Assembly (NCBI RefSeq): GCF_006345805.1
Contig: NC_043008.1
Span: 47,616,001-47,680,000 of the forward strand
Source of the DNA: Octopus sinensis
Taxonomy: Eukaryota
Direction of reading: 5' to 3'
DNA: 64,000 bases
Shown: in pieces, positions 52,970 to 64,000 of the stretch
Numbering within the stretch: the first letter of the stretch is position 1
Layout: each line of letters starts with the position of its first letter
Made by a program: the position numbers and the translations under genes
The notes under the pieces: generated by a model
Told to the model about the DNA's origin: nothing
The model's database searches: none
Seen by the model: only the letters and a program-made list of their open reading frames with translations

Positions 52970-54226
52970 GTGTTGTGTGTGTGTGTGTGTCTGTCTGTGT
53001 CTGTGTCTGTGTGTGTCTCTGTGTGTGTATACATATACATATACATATATCTGAAGCAGCAATGGAGTGCCGTGCGATAGAATTTCGATATGTTTCCAAA
53101 TTGCTATGTCGGATTAATTACACAGCCTACATTTAAACCAAATGCCAGGCTTAGCTTATTTTGTTATTAATCCCTGTTAATTTTAATTCCAGCTTCGTTT
53201 CTTCAATCATAATATCGTATAAGGATACAACAACACATTTAATAACACTTCTATAACAATGTCTAAACGTTGGAGTAAATATTTTAATGTTTCTCGTGTG
53301 TCAAGCGATCTTACTCGTATCTCTTACTTGTTTTAGACTGTAAGCTGCGGCCAAGCTTGGGTGCCACCGTTAGTGTTACTACACACTCACTACCCGCCTT
53401 TGTTAACATGCCAAATAATTATTACATTCCTAGCCACATTTTCATAATATGAGGATGTTTATTATCTTTTTCTCATTTGCATAAATCTGGGCAATAAATT
53501 CCCTCTTCCTCTCAAGCTCACCTTGACATTTCAAATAACAAAATGCAGTTTCTATAAACCTATATTTCAACCGAATCACTTTTAACATGCCGTAATTCTC
53601 CATTTAGTGCCGAAATTAAAGCATTCTTCCATAAAACGTACGTTTGATCGCAATCTTCAACCGATTTCACAAGTTTTGTAGGTTATCAGATATTCTCTGG
53701 CAAATTTATTCAAGTATTTCTCATTTCCACATGAAAAGAGAATTGTTCTTTGTAGAAAAGGCAATTTCTGTTCTGCCTTTATATGAAGACAAACCTTTTA
53801 TCGAAGTGTGAAGTAAAAAAGAAAATCCGAAGCACGAAAGAAAGGGGACGCTAGTGAAATAATCAATAGAGTGAAGTAATTTCGTATCCATCAGGAATCG
53901 GCGCTATTTGGAACTGCTCTGATGTTCACACGTAAGGCAGATTAAACCAAAAGACATTTCTTTCCAACAGCTCAATCAATAGCGACGTCCTTTTAAGCGA
54001 TTGGTGTCAGACTTTTGAATCATGATTATATTAACGGATCTGATATTCCCAAATTTACTACTTTTTTCCTTTTTTTTTTTAATCCACGAATTCTTCTGGA
54101 AACCCTGTCAATCTGAGGATGAAATGGAATACAAAATCCTAAGAAATTAATTTACGCATAAAAATGTAGCTCAACTAAATTTCATTTTACTCGGGAATTT
54201 TGTCTTCGATTTTCAAATTGTTTACT

Positions 54227-54286
54227 ACAACAACAACAACAACAACAACTACAACAATAATAATAATAATCATAATAATAATAATA

Positions 54287-54345
<59 letters not shown>

Positions 54346-54423
54346 GCAACATCAACAACAATAAAAGCAGCGATAATAACTGATCATGATTTATTATTAT
54401 TGGTGTTGATGTTGTTCTTAATG

Positions 54424-54475
<52 letters not shown>

Positions 54476-54548
54476 GTTTTTGTTGTTGTTGTTGTTATTG
54501 TTATTGTTATTATCCTCAGCATCATTATTATTATTATTATTATCATCA

Positions 54549-54583
<35 letters not shown>

Positions 54584-54657
54584 GTTTTTTGTTGTTGTTG
54601 TTGTTATTGTTATTGTTATTATCCTCAGCATCATTATTATTATTATTATTATCATCA

Positions 54658-54695
<38 letters not shown>

Positions 54696-54775
54696 GTTGT
54701 TGTTGTTGTTATTGTTATTATCCTCAGAATCATCATCATCTTTATTATTATTATGATCAGCGTCGTCGTCGTTGT
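54227..54775. repeat. Compound (AAC)/(AAT)/(TTA)/(TTG)/(TCA) microsatellite with a higher-order period
   Basis: The anchor ATCCTCAG recurs at 54512, 54621 and 54720. Confidence 0.92.
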
Positions 54776-56986
54776 TATATTTGTTGTTGCTTCATTTCGA
54801 ATTTAATATTCCAAGAGAACATTTTCTAATTTTTTTCGTTTGTTATTTTCATTATAGCAGGGTTTTTTTCTCTCACTTCCTATGAAATATTTGATTAAAC
54901 AGTTGATAATCTTCCGCACAGGTTTATACATCACATCATTCATATGTTATATACATTTTAGAGAAGAAATGTACGGAAGGAAGATGATTTATATTGCAAC
55001 TGTCAACTAATGTGCTGCAAGAATATATTCCTATTTTGGAGGGGAAAGCCTTGAGACGTTAATAGTCGTTATGATAGCGAGATCTCAATGTCATCTCGAT
55101 AATGGATGCGAGGCTGAAGCATCTTTAAAGATGGAGGAAAGAGAAAGTAGGAAAGAAAATTCACACACACACACACACTACAAGCATAACCAGAAATGCA
55201 CGCACACATATATGTGTACAGCAGAAAATGAATACTTTCGTTTTTTTAAATTTTTATTTCACAGTCAGGCTCAAAACTATCGAAACGCACCTCATACTTG
55301 TGTGTCCGTCTGTAGGAGGAATGTTTCTCTCTGCTTTAGGCTTTTTTTTTTTGGTTGGGTGTGGACATTTATGTATACATACGTGTATTTGTATGTATGC
55401 ATGTGTGTATGTGTGTATCTGTATATGTCTGTCACAATTATCATGAAATCGTCAGCAAAATTCCATAAATGTTGCCTAAAGCTGCACTATATACATAAAA
55501 AAATTCGTTTCCTACATTAGCAGAAAATATTACAACAGCAGCCTCGCATCATTTGACCAGGTCCAGTTCAGTTGTGCCAGCATGAACACTTGCCCATTTG
55601 AAGACAAATGCCTAAACATAGAATTCATGTCCTGTGTTAAAGTGAATTTAACAAAACAAAATGAACGGATCTCTTAAGGGTTTACAGTAAGTACATCTAA
55701 GAAGCGATAGAAACACCAGGCATATCATATCAGGAACTCAAACGTATCGCAACCCCACTTCCACTGTAAAACTGGAAACTGAAAATATATGATACCTCAA
55801 ACTTTGAGATGTTGTAATCTATAATAGAATTTTGCGAACCATGTTTTGGAATTTCTAAAGCTTACTTCTACACTTCTGAAAATGTTTTCAGATCTTTCCG
55901 CCTCGCCTTTTCCTCATCCTTCTAATGCTTTTCTTTCTCTATTATTGCAAATTTCTCTTCCTTTCTTGAAGTCTAAATATATCTAAATATATCCATTGAT
56001 TTTAAGCTTTTCATTGCAAATATTGTAAACCTGACGGACGCTAAAAATATTGAAAACCCAGAAACATTAAGTGTCGGACAGGTAAAAATTGGAAAGTATT
56101 TTATTACTTCTGGTTATTAATACCCGTAACCTATGCAGCACACTATTCGTAAAAACTATGGTGTGTCACTTAATAACCCACCCCAACCACTACCACCCTC
56201 ACACAAATATATGCATATACTGTATACCTCATAAAAACATTCGTAATTATATCCTAGGCAGACGCGAACCGTCTGCTACGGCCACCGGAATTACTAAATC
56301 CTGTGATTTCGCCCTGCAGGAGTTCCTCAGTGACAGGTGTCCAGTAGCGACATAACTGCCGAATCTTCTGTCAACAATAGAGTCTCAGTGTTTATCCAGG
56401 CATTGATGTAGCAAATAGCCAGTGGGCTTATTAAAAAGCAATAGCCAAAGAATCAATGCCAAAAGGCAATCTTTATATTTATTCGCTTGTGCAACATTGA
56501 ATTTTGCTAAGAAATATTCTAGCGGAAAAATGATTTTACAGAAAGAAATATCTTCTCGGGAATTTTGACAGAAATAGCTCTCAATCCAGACAGGAAATAC
56601 AATACTTGTATAATTCACAACCATAAATAGGAAGCAACAGGAAAAACAGCATTTATGCCATAGATTTCTTTTGTAGGACAATTCATAACTTCCATGTCAC
56701 TAAGAATATTTTATATAATAAACCTTCATAGATACCGATCCCCTAATCGTTCCTAACACATAAACTAATGCATATCGGCTGACAAAAGGTTCTCGTTTGC
56801 TACTACGCCGCAAGAACTATTAGAATAGAGTTCACTGTAAAAGCAAACCGTATCGTTACAGACAGTCATATCTACGGATACATTGACGGCTTTACACGTA
56901 TTCATTTATAGAAAAACAATTTGACTCGTAGTTATGTGTTATTATTATCGCGGCTGGGCTGCGAGGTAAATGTTAATATGCAAAGC

Positions 56987-57020
<34 letters not shown>

Positions 57021-57094
57021 ATATATATATAAGAAATATATATATATAAAAAAGGAAGATACGCACACTTACATGGTTATAATATGATTTTTAA

Positions 57095-57131
57095 TGTACC
57101 GACCGGTTTCGCAATCGCTATTCATGATATA
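57095..57131 (-). ncRNA. Second copy of the A3/U8 hammerhead motif
   Basis: The reverse strand reads UAUAUC-AUGAAUA-GCGAUUGC-GAAA-CCGG-UC|GGUACA; the core is identical and stem I has one wobble and one mismatch. Confidence 0.68.
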
Positions 57132-57406
57132 ATATTTAATTTATATGAATATATATTTTTTTCTTAAGAAGAAATTTGGTCCATGTTGTTTGTAATGAAA
57201 TTCACGAGAGAATGATTTTACAAGTTGACAAGTAAAAGGAGGTAATTGGTTGTTATTATTGTTATTGTTGTGTGTAAGGGAGATAACTGTTTAGGTTTTG
57301 GGTGGGGAATAAATATGTGTACAGAAAGGAGACAGGTTTAAAAAAGGACCTTGTTTAATAGGGGATTTATGTACAGTGATGTAATATGTAAAAATATAAA
57401 AGTTGG

Positions 57407-57653
57407 TTATGCGTGCATAATAAGATGCGTTTTGTATTTTTCAAAGAAAAAAGTTTCTTTATTTAAGCGTTCTAGTTGAGAGATTGTGTCTTTGCACTGG
57501 TAGAAAGGGAAGACTGTAAAATTTGGTTTGATGTTACCTGCACATTTTTCTATGTGTTCACTAAGAAGAATTTGTCTGTATTGCGGGAAACGCATTTGCT
57601 CCTTATGCAGAGTGATTCTCTGCCTCAAAGTTAAACTCGTTTGTCCAATGTAC
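57407..57653 (-). pseudogene. GIY-YIG endonuclease fragment of a Penelope-like element
   Basis: RYIGQTSLTLRQRITLHKEQ...LSEHIEKC...FTVFPFYQ...RLNKETFFFEKYK; only the YIG half onward is present. Confidence 0.82.
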
Positions 57654-57761
57654 CTCCCTTTACTTGTCAACTTGTAAATTCATTCACTCGTGAATTTCAT
57701 TACAACAACATGGATCAAATTTCTTCTTAAGAAAAAATATATATTCATATAAATTAAACAC

Positions 57762-57798
57762 TATATCATGAATAGCGATTGCGAAACCGGTCGATATA
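57762..57798 (+). ncRNA. Minimal type I hammerhead motif with an A3/U8 core
   Basis: UAUAUC-AUGAAUA-GC(GAUU)GC-GAAA-CCGG-UC|GAUAUA: 6-bp stem I, 2-bp stem II, palindromic ACCGGU stem III, predicted cleavage after GUC at 57792. Confidence 0.72.
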
Positions 57799-58025
57799 TT
57801 AAAAAATATATTATAACCATGTAAGTGTGCGTATTTTCCTTTTTTAATTTCTTATATACATTACAGTCCACCACGTGGGGACAACCGAAATTCCTCTTTT
57901 CTGTTAATACTACTATATATATATATACATATATATACACATATATTTATACGCATATATATTTATACATGTATGTGAATATATATATATAAGTATATAT
58001 ACATATAAATATATACATGTACAAT

Positions 58026-58129
<104 letters not shown>

Positions 58130-59008
58130 CTTATATATATGTGTATATATATGTGTGTATACATATACGCACATGCACATATGCAATAAAAAGCAATAAT
58201 ATTAATATGCATCTCTTAACGTGCATTCACAATGCAACACGTGCAGTCACCGTACGTCCACGTGCATCTACAGCATTGCTTCCACTTCAGGATGCACATA
58301 CGGATGTATATATTTTGTATATAGATTGCCGGGCACTTCTACATTGTTAGATTGCGATGATAAGATAAAAGGCATTGATAACATTTTATCTTCAGCTGAA
58401 ATGAAGGCAATGAATATATCAAATTATTTATCAATGGATGATATTAATACCTTATATCAAATACCATTCTTTCCTAATAAACAACATAGTTTCCCGTTGA
58501 GTGTGGAGCGAGTATGACATTTTCTCCGGTGGCAGCTTTGGCAAATATCATTGCTCTGCCATCTTTACCAAAAATGGCTAATATTGTGACTGTTTAGATT
58601 ACACCCGATACGATCCGATGTAACAGATGAAATTTCAATAAGCTGTTCGATTATTTGGTGTTTCCAAGATTAACACAGCTCCCCCCCCCCATTCAGCAGC
58701 TCTTATAGATTGCATATATCAGGTGCCTTGTATCGACATTGCGATTGCTTATTGTAATAAACAGGAGATATAAGTTACATACGTTATCATAACCAGATGA
58801 AGGTGTAATAATAACCTGTGAATTGCAAACGAGTTATAGACTTGCCAGTTTATGAGTTAAAGCTCTGCGTATGTATGTATGTATGTGTGTGTGTGTGTGA
58901 GTGCGTGTGTGCGCGCCTGTGTGAGTGTTCTATGTGTGCATGTGTTTTGTATGTAACACTTTGACAGCACTGTCAAAGGCCTCAATTTGCCACTGACGGT
59001 ACATATTC

Positions 59009-59068
<60 letters not shown>

Positions 59069-59115
59069 AATACATATGTGTATATATACACACATATATG
59101 TGTGTTTGTGCATAC

Positions 59116-59152
<37 letters not shown>

Positions 59153-59491
59153 CTTATATATAGACACACATATATGTGTGTTTGTGAATACATATGTGTA
59201 TATATGTTTATATATATATACATATATGTGTGTTTGTGTGTGTGTACGTGTGTGTGTGTGTATATATGCATACACATGTGTATCAATGCATACATACATG
59301 TGTATATACACATAAAATGCATTTATGTATGTGAATGTACATAAGTCCTGCCCATCCAAATAACTATCAGCAGCTGATGATGGGAAAATTGAAATTCAAG
59401 AGGGGAGACGAAATGTTTTGAATAGCGGAACATCGAACTAGAATATTCAAGAAGGGTTTGTTCGGAACATAATAGCAGTTACTCGCAAATA

Positions 59492-59684
59492 AAGAAGAAG
59501 AAGAAGAAGAAGAAGAAGAAGAAGAAGAAGAAGAAGAAGAAGAAGAAGAAGAAGAAGAAGAAGAAAAAGAAGAAGAAGAAGAAGAAGAAGAAGAAGAAGA
59601 AGAAGAAGAGAAGAAGAAGAAGAAGAAGAAGAAGAAGAAGAAGAAGAAGAAGAAGAAGAAGAAGAAGAAGAAGAAGAAGAAGAA
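59492..59684. repeat. (GAA)n tract, ~190 bp
   Basis: Direct reading; two short interruptions. Confidence 0.98.
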
Positions 59685-59830
59685 TGGTGTTTCACAGAAG
59701 CTCGAGGTAAGGAATCTTGGTGGGTGTGGGTTAATCGATGTTATCGGCTCAGAACGTGACTGATCTTGTAATTTATCGAACCGAAAGGACGAAAGGCAAA
59801 GATGACTTGGGCAGGATTAGAAATACGAGC
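59681..59830 (-). mobile_element. SINE subfamily copy with a distinct 3' tail ending in (TTC)n
   Basis: The reverse strand has CTTTGCCTTTCGTCCTTTCGGTTCGATAAATT, then an ~85-bp segment shared with 42712-42793, then (TTC)n. Confidence 0.65.
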
Positions 59831-61374
59831 CTAATCAGCCAGAACTAATATCGGAAGAACAAATGTCGGACGCTTTAATGAAAACGAAACGGTCGTAAAT
59901 CATATTTGTGAATGTCTCAATTAGATTAGTCCCTAATGCGATCGTGTATGCGACAAATAATGGCCTCCAAAGAGCCAATACACTGTAGGAATATGGCGTA
60001 TTTATGATTCCGCTGTCGTTTCGTTCATGTTGCTTGTGACAGGAAAGGAGTGACATAGAAATTAAACTCGCTTTATCCTTTCATCTTTCTTCTGCTCATA
60101 AAATAAGTATGAATGAGCATAAAAACTTCATATATTCTCGATGGGAACTCCTCTATAAATTTATATCTTTCTTTCCATATAAGAAATCGATAATCTGGTT
60201 ATTGAACGCATTAAGTTAGGAAAATGCCAACCCTTAATTCCGAGTAGAAAGTGAAGCTTAACAGTTGCCCGCTGCTGAGCCTCTGTAATATATTCTGAAT
60301 ACGTACTGTGATGATTTGTAATAGAATACAAAGTAGCTGTGGAAATGTGCCGACAATATGGTACAATTATAGCAAATATGAAAAAAAATATATCGCCTCT
60401 GTCATTACAAAAAGAATTCTATAAAATCTGTATGATCAGGCACGTAGCTAAGAAATGGCAAATTTAGGGAAAGACATTTCGCATTTTTTTATTATTATTA
60501 TTTATACGAAATGTGATAAAATTAATAACCCCTTACCTCCGCTGCATAATATCTCGTAAAACGAACGTTTAGCTCGAAATGTAGCTCCATTGAGACGATA
60601 AATGATAGCCTCTCACCCTCAAGTTAAGAAGCCAAGCTATCAACTGTAACGTACCTATACTATTTTCGTCATTTCCCGAATTTTGATCTACAAAGACAAT
60701 TATGTATTAACTCCTATGAATAACAGGATATCGTTGAAACGTTATAGCTAACAGCAGAAATTCGTTCGGAAAACAAGTTTGGATCTTTCCAAACATAAAA
60801 GATAAAGTCGTTGGTTTTGCTCTGAGTATAAATAGATTTTTATCTATTAATACTTGCAACCAACGTTAAATAGTGGTAATCAAGTGTAAAGCAGAGTCTG
60901 TGAAGTATTTTCCATCATAGATGATCCATTTAATTTCGCTTCATCTCCATATTTGTAATTTCCGGTTGCAATCAACAGAATGGAAAGCATGGAAGCGACA
61001 GTTGGACTTTGCTATGACACACTAAATGGAAAAAGTTCGACAGTGACTTACGAATTAAATTGGACGGAATGTTTCCTGCCTTTCTACTTTGCCTATGTGT
61101 GTGTGAGTGTGTGTGTATGTGTGTGTGTGAGTGTGTGTGTGTGTGTGCGTGCGATGTGTGTATACGTTAGTGTGTCTTAATGATTTACCCAGTCGCTACT
61201 TACCTTTGAATGACTAAATAAACTCTCCGACATATTTCAATATTTCCTTTTTGGTTTCTACTTTCAAACGCATTTAAAAATATGAACTTCCATAAACGTG
61301 TACGTATGCGTGTGTATATATACATATGTGTGTGTACGTATATATATATATATGTGTGTGTATGTATGTATATA

Positions 61375-61462
<88 letters not shown>

Positions 61463-61483
61463 TTCATCTTTTATCTGTTGCTC

Positions 61484-61685
61484 GTTTCAGTCATTAGGCT
61501 GCGACCATGCTGTGACACCGCTTGCAAGAATTTTTTGTCGAATAAATCGACCCCCAAGTTTTTGATTCAAGCCTGATACTTATTCTATTGGTCTCTTACG
61601 GAGACGTAAACACAATAACATCGGTTGTGAAGCGGTGAGGAAAGCATACACTGACACACGCACACACATACAGGCATACATATAT
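61484..61685 (-). mobile_element. 3' part of a second SINE family with a CR1-type tail
   Basis: GTTTCAGTCATTAGGCTGCGACCATGCTGTGACACCGC resembles the LINE 3' end at 2747-2784; the family assignment rests on recall of octopus SINE sequence. Confidence 0.65.
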
Positions 61686-61993
61686 GTTTATAAATTATAG
61701 GAAAGCTTGGAGAATGTTTGTGGACGGATGAGTGTATTTGATGTTGCTGAAAGTACGGAACCAGCATGATGCGGCGGGATTAATACAGCATATGCTGTCG
61801 GGCCCCGCTGCTGATCTTGAGGGTTGCGCTCTTTGCCTTGACATGACCATAGGAGGGGGCTCACCTCTTTGAACTAGAAAATGAAGGAAATGACTGGTAT
61901 GTGTCCCGTTGTGGCTACCACCTACTAAAAAAATGCGGAATAGGCCTGGGTTTATAAATAATATAATACACATATATGTATATGTAGTGTGTA

Positions 61994-62037
<44 letters not shown>

Positions 62038-62174
62038 TATGTTTATAGATATATGATGAAATCTCATACCATAGATGACAGGCGAGGGTTCTGCAATTTT
62101 TTACCCAACGACCTACTGAACAGATGATCTGTTTAAGGCAAGACTAATACTTCAGATTTCAGATAGCAAAATCT

Positions 62175-62280
62175 CAGGGTCGACAAAATAAGTACCAGTT
62201 GAGCACTGGGGGGTCGACGTTATCGACTCAGCCCCCCTTTTCCATAATTGCTGACTTTGTGCTAAATTTTGAAACGAATA
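62175..62280 (+). mobile_element. 3' half of the same SINE family
   Basis: GGGTCGACAAAATAAGTACCAGTTGAGCACTGGGGGGTCGAC...AATTGCTGACTTTGTGCTAAATTTTGAAAC. Confidence 0.75.
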
Positions 62281-63313
62281 TTTGAGGCAATCTTGTTTGT
62301 TTTAAAAGATTCATAACGACGAGTTATTTGCGATAGTCTTTATCTTGGATCGATATATTTTAAGTTCCCCATGTTTGTGTTCGACCCTTTTCTGTCATCA
62401 AGCAAACTAGAAGTTTTGATTTACATGTTAACATGTGGAGTTAAAGTCCTTACCACTAAATTTACATATCGATTCTTTCGTTATAAAGCCCATTATTATA
62501 GTCTTGAAATAGTTCAGTGCTCCTAATATATATTTACAAAACATAATGGCATTTATTCATCTCAGCTTACCTTTACCATGTGAAATTATCATCTCGCCCC
62601 ACGATTTACGGCCAAAGTAATTCCACAAAGTTTTGAAGTGAGTTGATAATGGAGCTGCGGATTCTAGATGGAAATAGGTGTAAGTGTGCACTGTCTACCC
62701 GGGAAATTATAATGGAAATTACAAATTAAGTTATGATTCGGTAACAAATTATGCGCGTGAACTATCGAGTTTTAGGAACAGAATCATGGTAAAAGCTGGC
62801 AGGCGAGAACTTCTGAAAGTGTTTCCACATCATATATATCGATGTTATAATTAATTAACTATTCAACCAATTACAACCTATTATAGTTGTTTGTATATAT
62901 CAAACTTATGATAAAATTACGCTGTAGACACATTAGCACATTTATACCAAAAGCACAGACATCGACTTTCAGAACTAATGGCCGACACTCTATTATTTCC
63001 GTTCTTTGCTGGTGTTTATTTATGCATTGTTTTAATATAGATCAGAGAGAGAGTTAAAACAGTCTATAAATACACGGCACAAATTACTCCATAATTATGA
63101 TACACTGATGATAATGATGTATATAGCTTATGACAGGGTTGCTATAATAAAATATATTAAGGTAATTTAATTGCGGACCTTTATGTCCAATGGATGCAAC
63201 GTGTGTTTGAAACGAAACCCTATAATTACTGATGTCGGTTTATTCCATCGAACATCTTTGTCATTTGCTAAACAAGTAATTTTCTATTATTATTACTATT
63301 ATTATTATCATTA

Positions 63314-63466
63314 TTAAGATTATATACGACTGAGGTAACTCCTCCAGAAGTTATACACAAATAAAAAAAAATAGAAGAGTTATCTTCACATAATAACTAT
63401 GGCACTCTTTTGTTTTTATTTCTGTATAACTTCTGGATGAGTTACATCAGTCCTATATAATCTTAA
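63314..63466. repeat. Imperfect foldback (MITE-like), ~65-bp arms
   Basis: TTAAGATTATATACGACTGAGGTAACTCCTCCAGAAGTTATACA... pairs with ...TGTATAACTTCTGGATGAGTTACATCAGTCCTATATAATCTTAA; the centre is partly repeated at 63545-63588. Confidence 0.75.
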
Positions 63467-63602
63467 CAAAAAATTAAGGAGTCTGACATATAAGTTTTGA
63501 ACATGTGGAAGGCACGCTAGATGCCGAAATATCGTTCAACCAATTTCACATGATAACTATGGCACACTTCTATTTTTTATTTCTGTATTATTATTATTAT
63601 TA

Positions 63603-63672
<70 letters not shown>

Positions 63673-63675
<3 letters not shown>

Positions 63676-63768
63676 TAGTTTTATTTTTATAGCGTGCTTT
63701 CACTTCACTACCGAGCGCGGCTCTGTGTGCCTTGGGTATGTGCTGTGATTTGTTGTGATACTCTGATG

Positions 63769-63769
<1 letters not shown>
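63673..63769 (-). mobile_element. ~95-bp insert inside a (TTA)n tract, probably a retroelement 3' end
   Basis: Unique sequence bounded by (TTA)n at 63586-63672 and 63770-63806; the reverse strand ends AAAACTACTG-(AAT)n. Confidence 0.5.
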
Positions 63770-63806
<37 letters not shown>

Positions 63807-63807
63807 G

Positions 63808-64000
63808 GAGTGAGAGAGCAGTGCATGTAATCAAAGTGACACTGGGGTAAAATATACAAGGCCTAGCATACCCATCATGACTACCCGTCTGATAAGGTTA
63901 CACTAGGCACATGCATCATAACCATATGTGCGCGAAATGGGTCCTTGAATAAGATTTGTTTAAGGATAATTAACAAAACACCCGTGTTTCCTAAGTTGAA
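63808..64000 (-). mobile_element. Second, internally deleted copy of the 27483-28004 element (runs off the window)
   Basis: About 130 bp align with 27483-27610, then the sequence jumps to the TCCTTGAATAAG segment found near 27710. Confidence 0.8.

Larger units (their letters stand above)
57051..57842 (-). mobile_element. 5'-truncated Penelope-like element with an inverted pseudo-LTR
   Basis: A GIY-YIG C-terminal fragment (YIGQT-x-LTLRQRI-x-x-H...E) lies between ~194-bp inverted repeats 57051-57244 and 57651-57842 (about 90% identical by eye). Each repeat contains a hammerhead motif, and (TA)n lies nearby on both sides. Confidence 0.88.

Noticed and set aside
56385-56681. 98-aa hydrophobic ORF
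   Set aside because: It starts at TTG, has no recognisable family motif and has no convincing splice sites.
58200-58620. Possible decayed Helitron/PIF1 helicase or hAT remnant
   Set aside because: The resemblance is scattered over several frames with no intact motif; a translated HMM search would be needed.
59375-59420. CTGATGA followed by a distant GAAA
   Set aside because: No stem II or stem I pairing could be drawn.

Overview
AT-rich, microsatellite-dense eukaryotic DNA. The SINE families, the 5S rRNA sequence and the (TA)/(TG)/(TAA) load are most consistent with an octopus (coleoid cephalopod) genome; this is an inference. One host gene is supported: a minus-strand M13-family metallopeptidase (neprilysin/ECE-like). 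Seven of its internal exons splice in frame (47452-47408, 45397-45236, 43980-43897, 35276-35071, 33819-33640, 19715-19629, 15749-15610). The membrane-anchor exon and the catalytic HExxH half were not found in the window. The rest is retroelement landscape: a near-complete CR1-group LINE with a CCCH-finger ORF1, decayed RLE-type (R4/Dong-like) LINE pieces chained through (TAA)n tracts, an RTE 3' fragment, tRNA-type SINEs and Penelope-like remnants. Three observations stand out. (1) Several Penelope-type repeats carry minimal hammerhead ribozyme motifs; one element has a compensatory A3-U8 core in both inverted arms, and a 162-bp near-perfect palindrome holds two outward-facing hammerheads. (2) A 5S rRNA head is fused to a CR1-type 3' stem-loop tail, a SINE3-like element. 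(3) A non-coding ~520-bp element is flanked by (TAA)n. Almost all short ORFs in the supplied track are microsatellite artefacts. All alignments and folds were done by eye; no database search or folding program was run.
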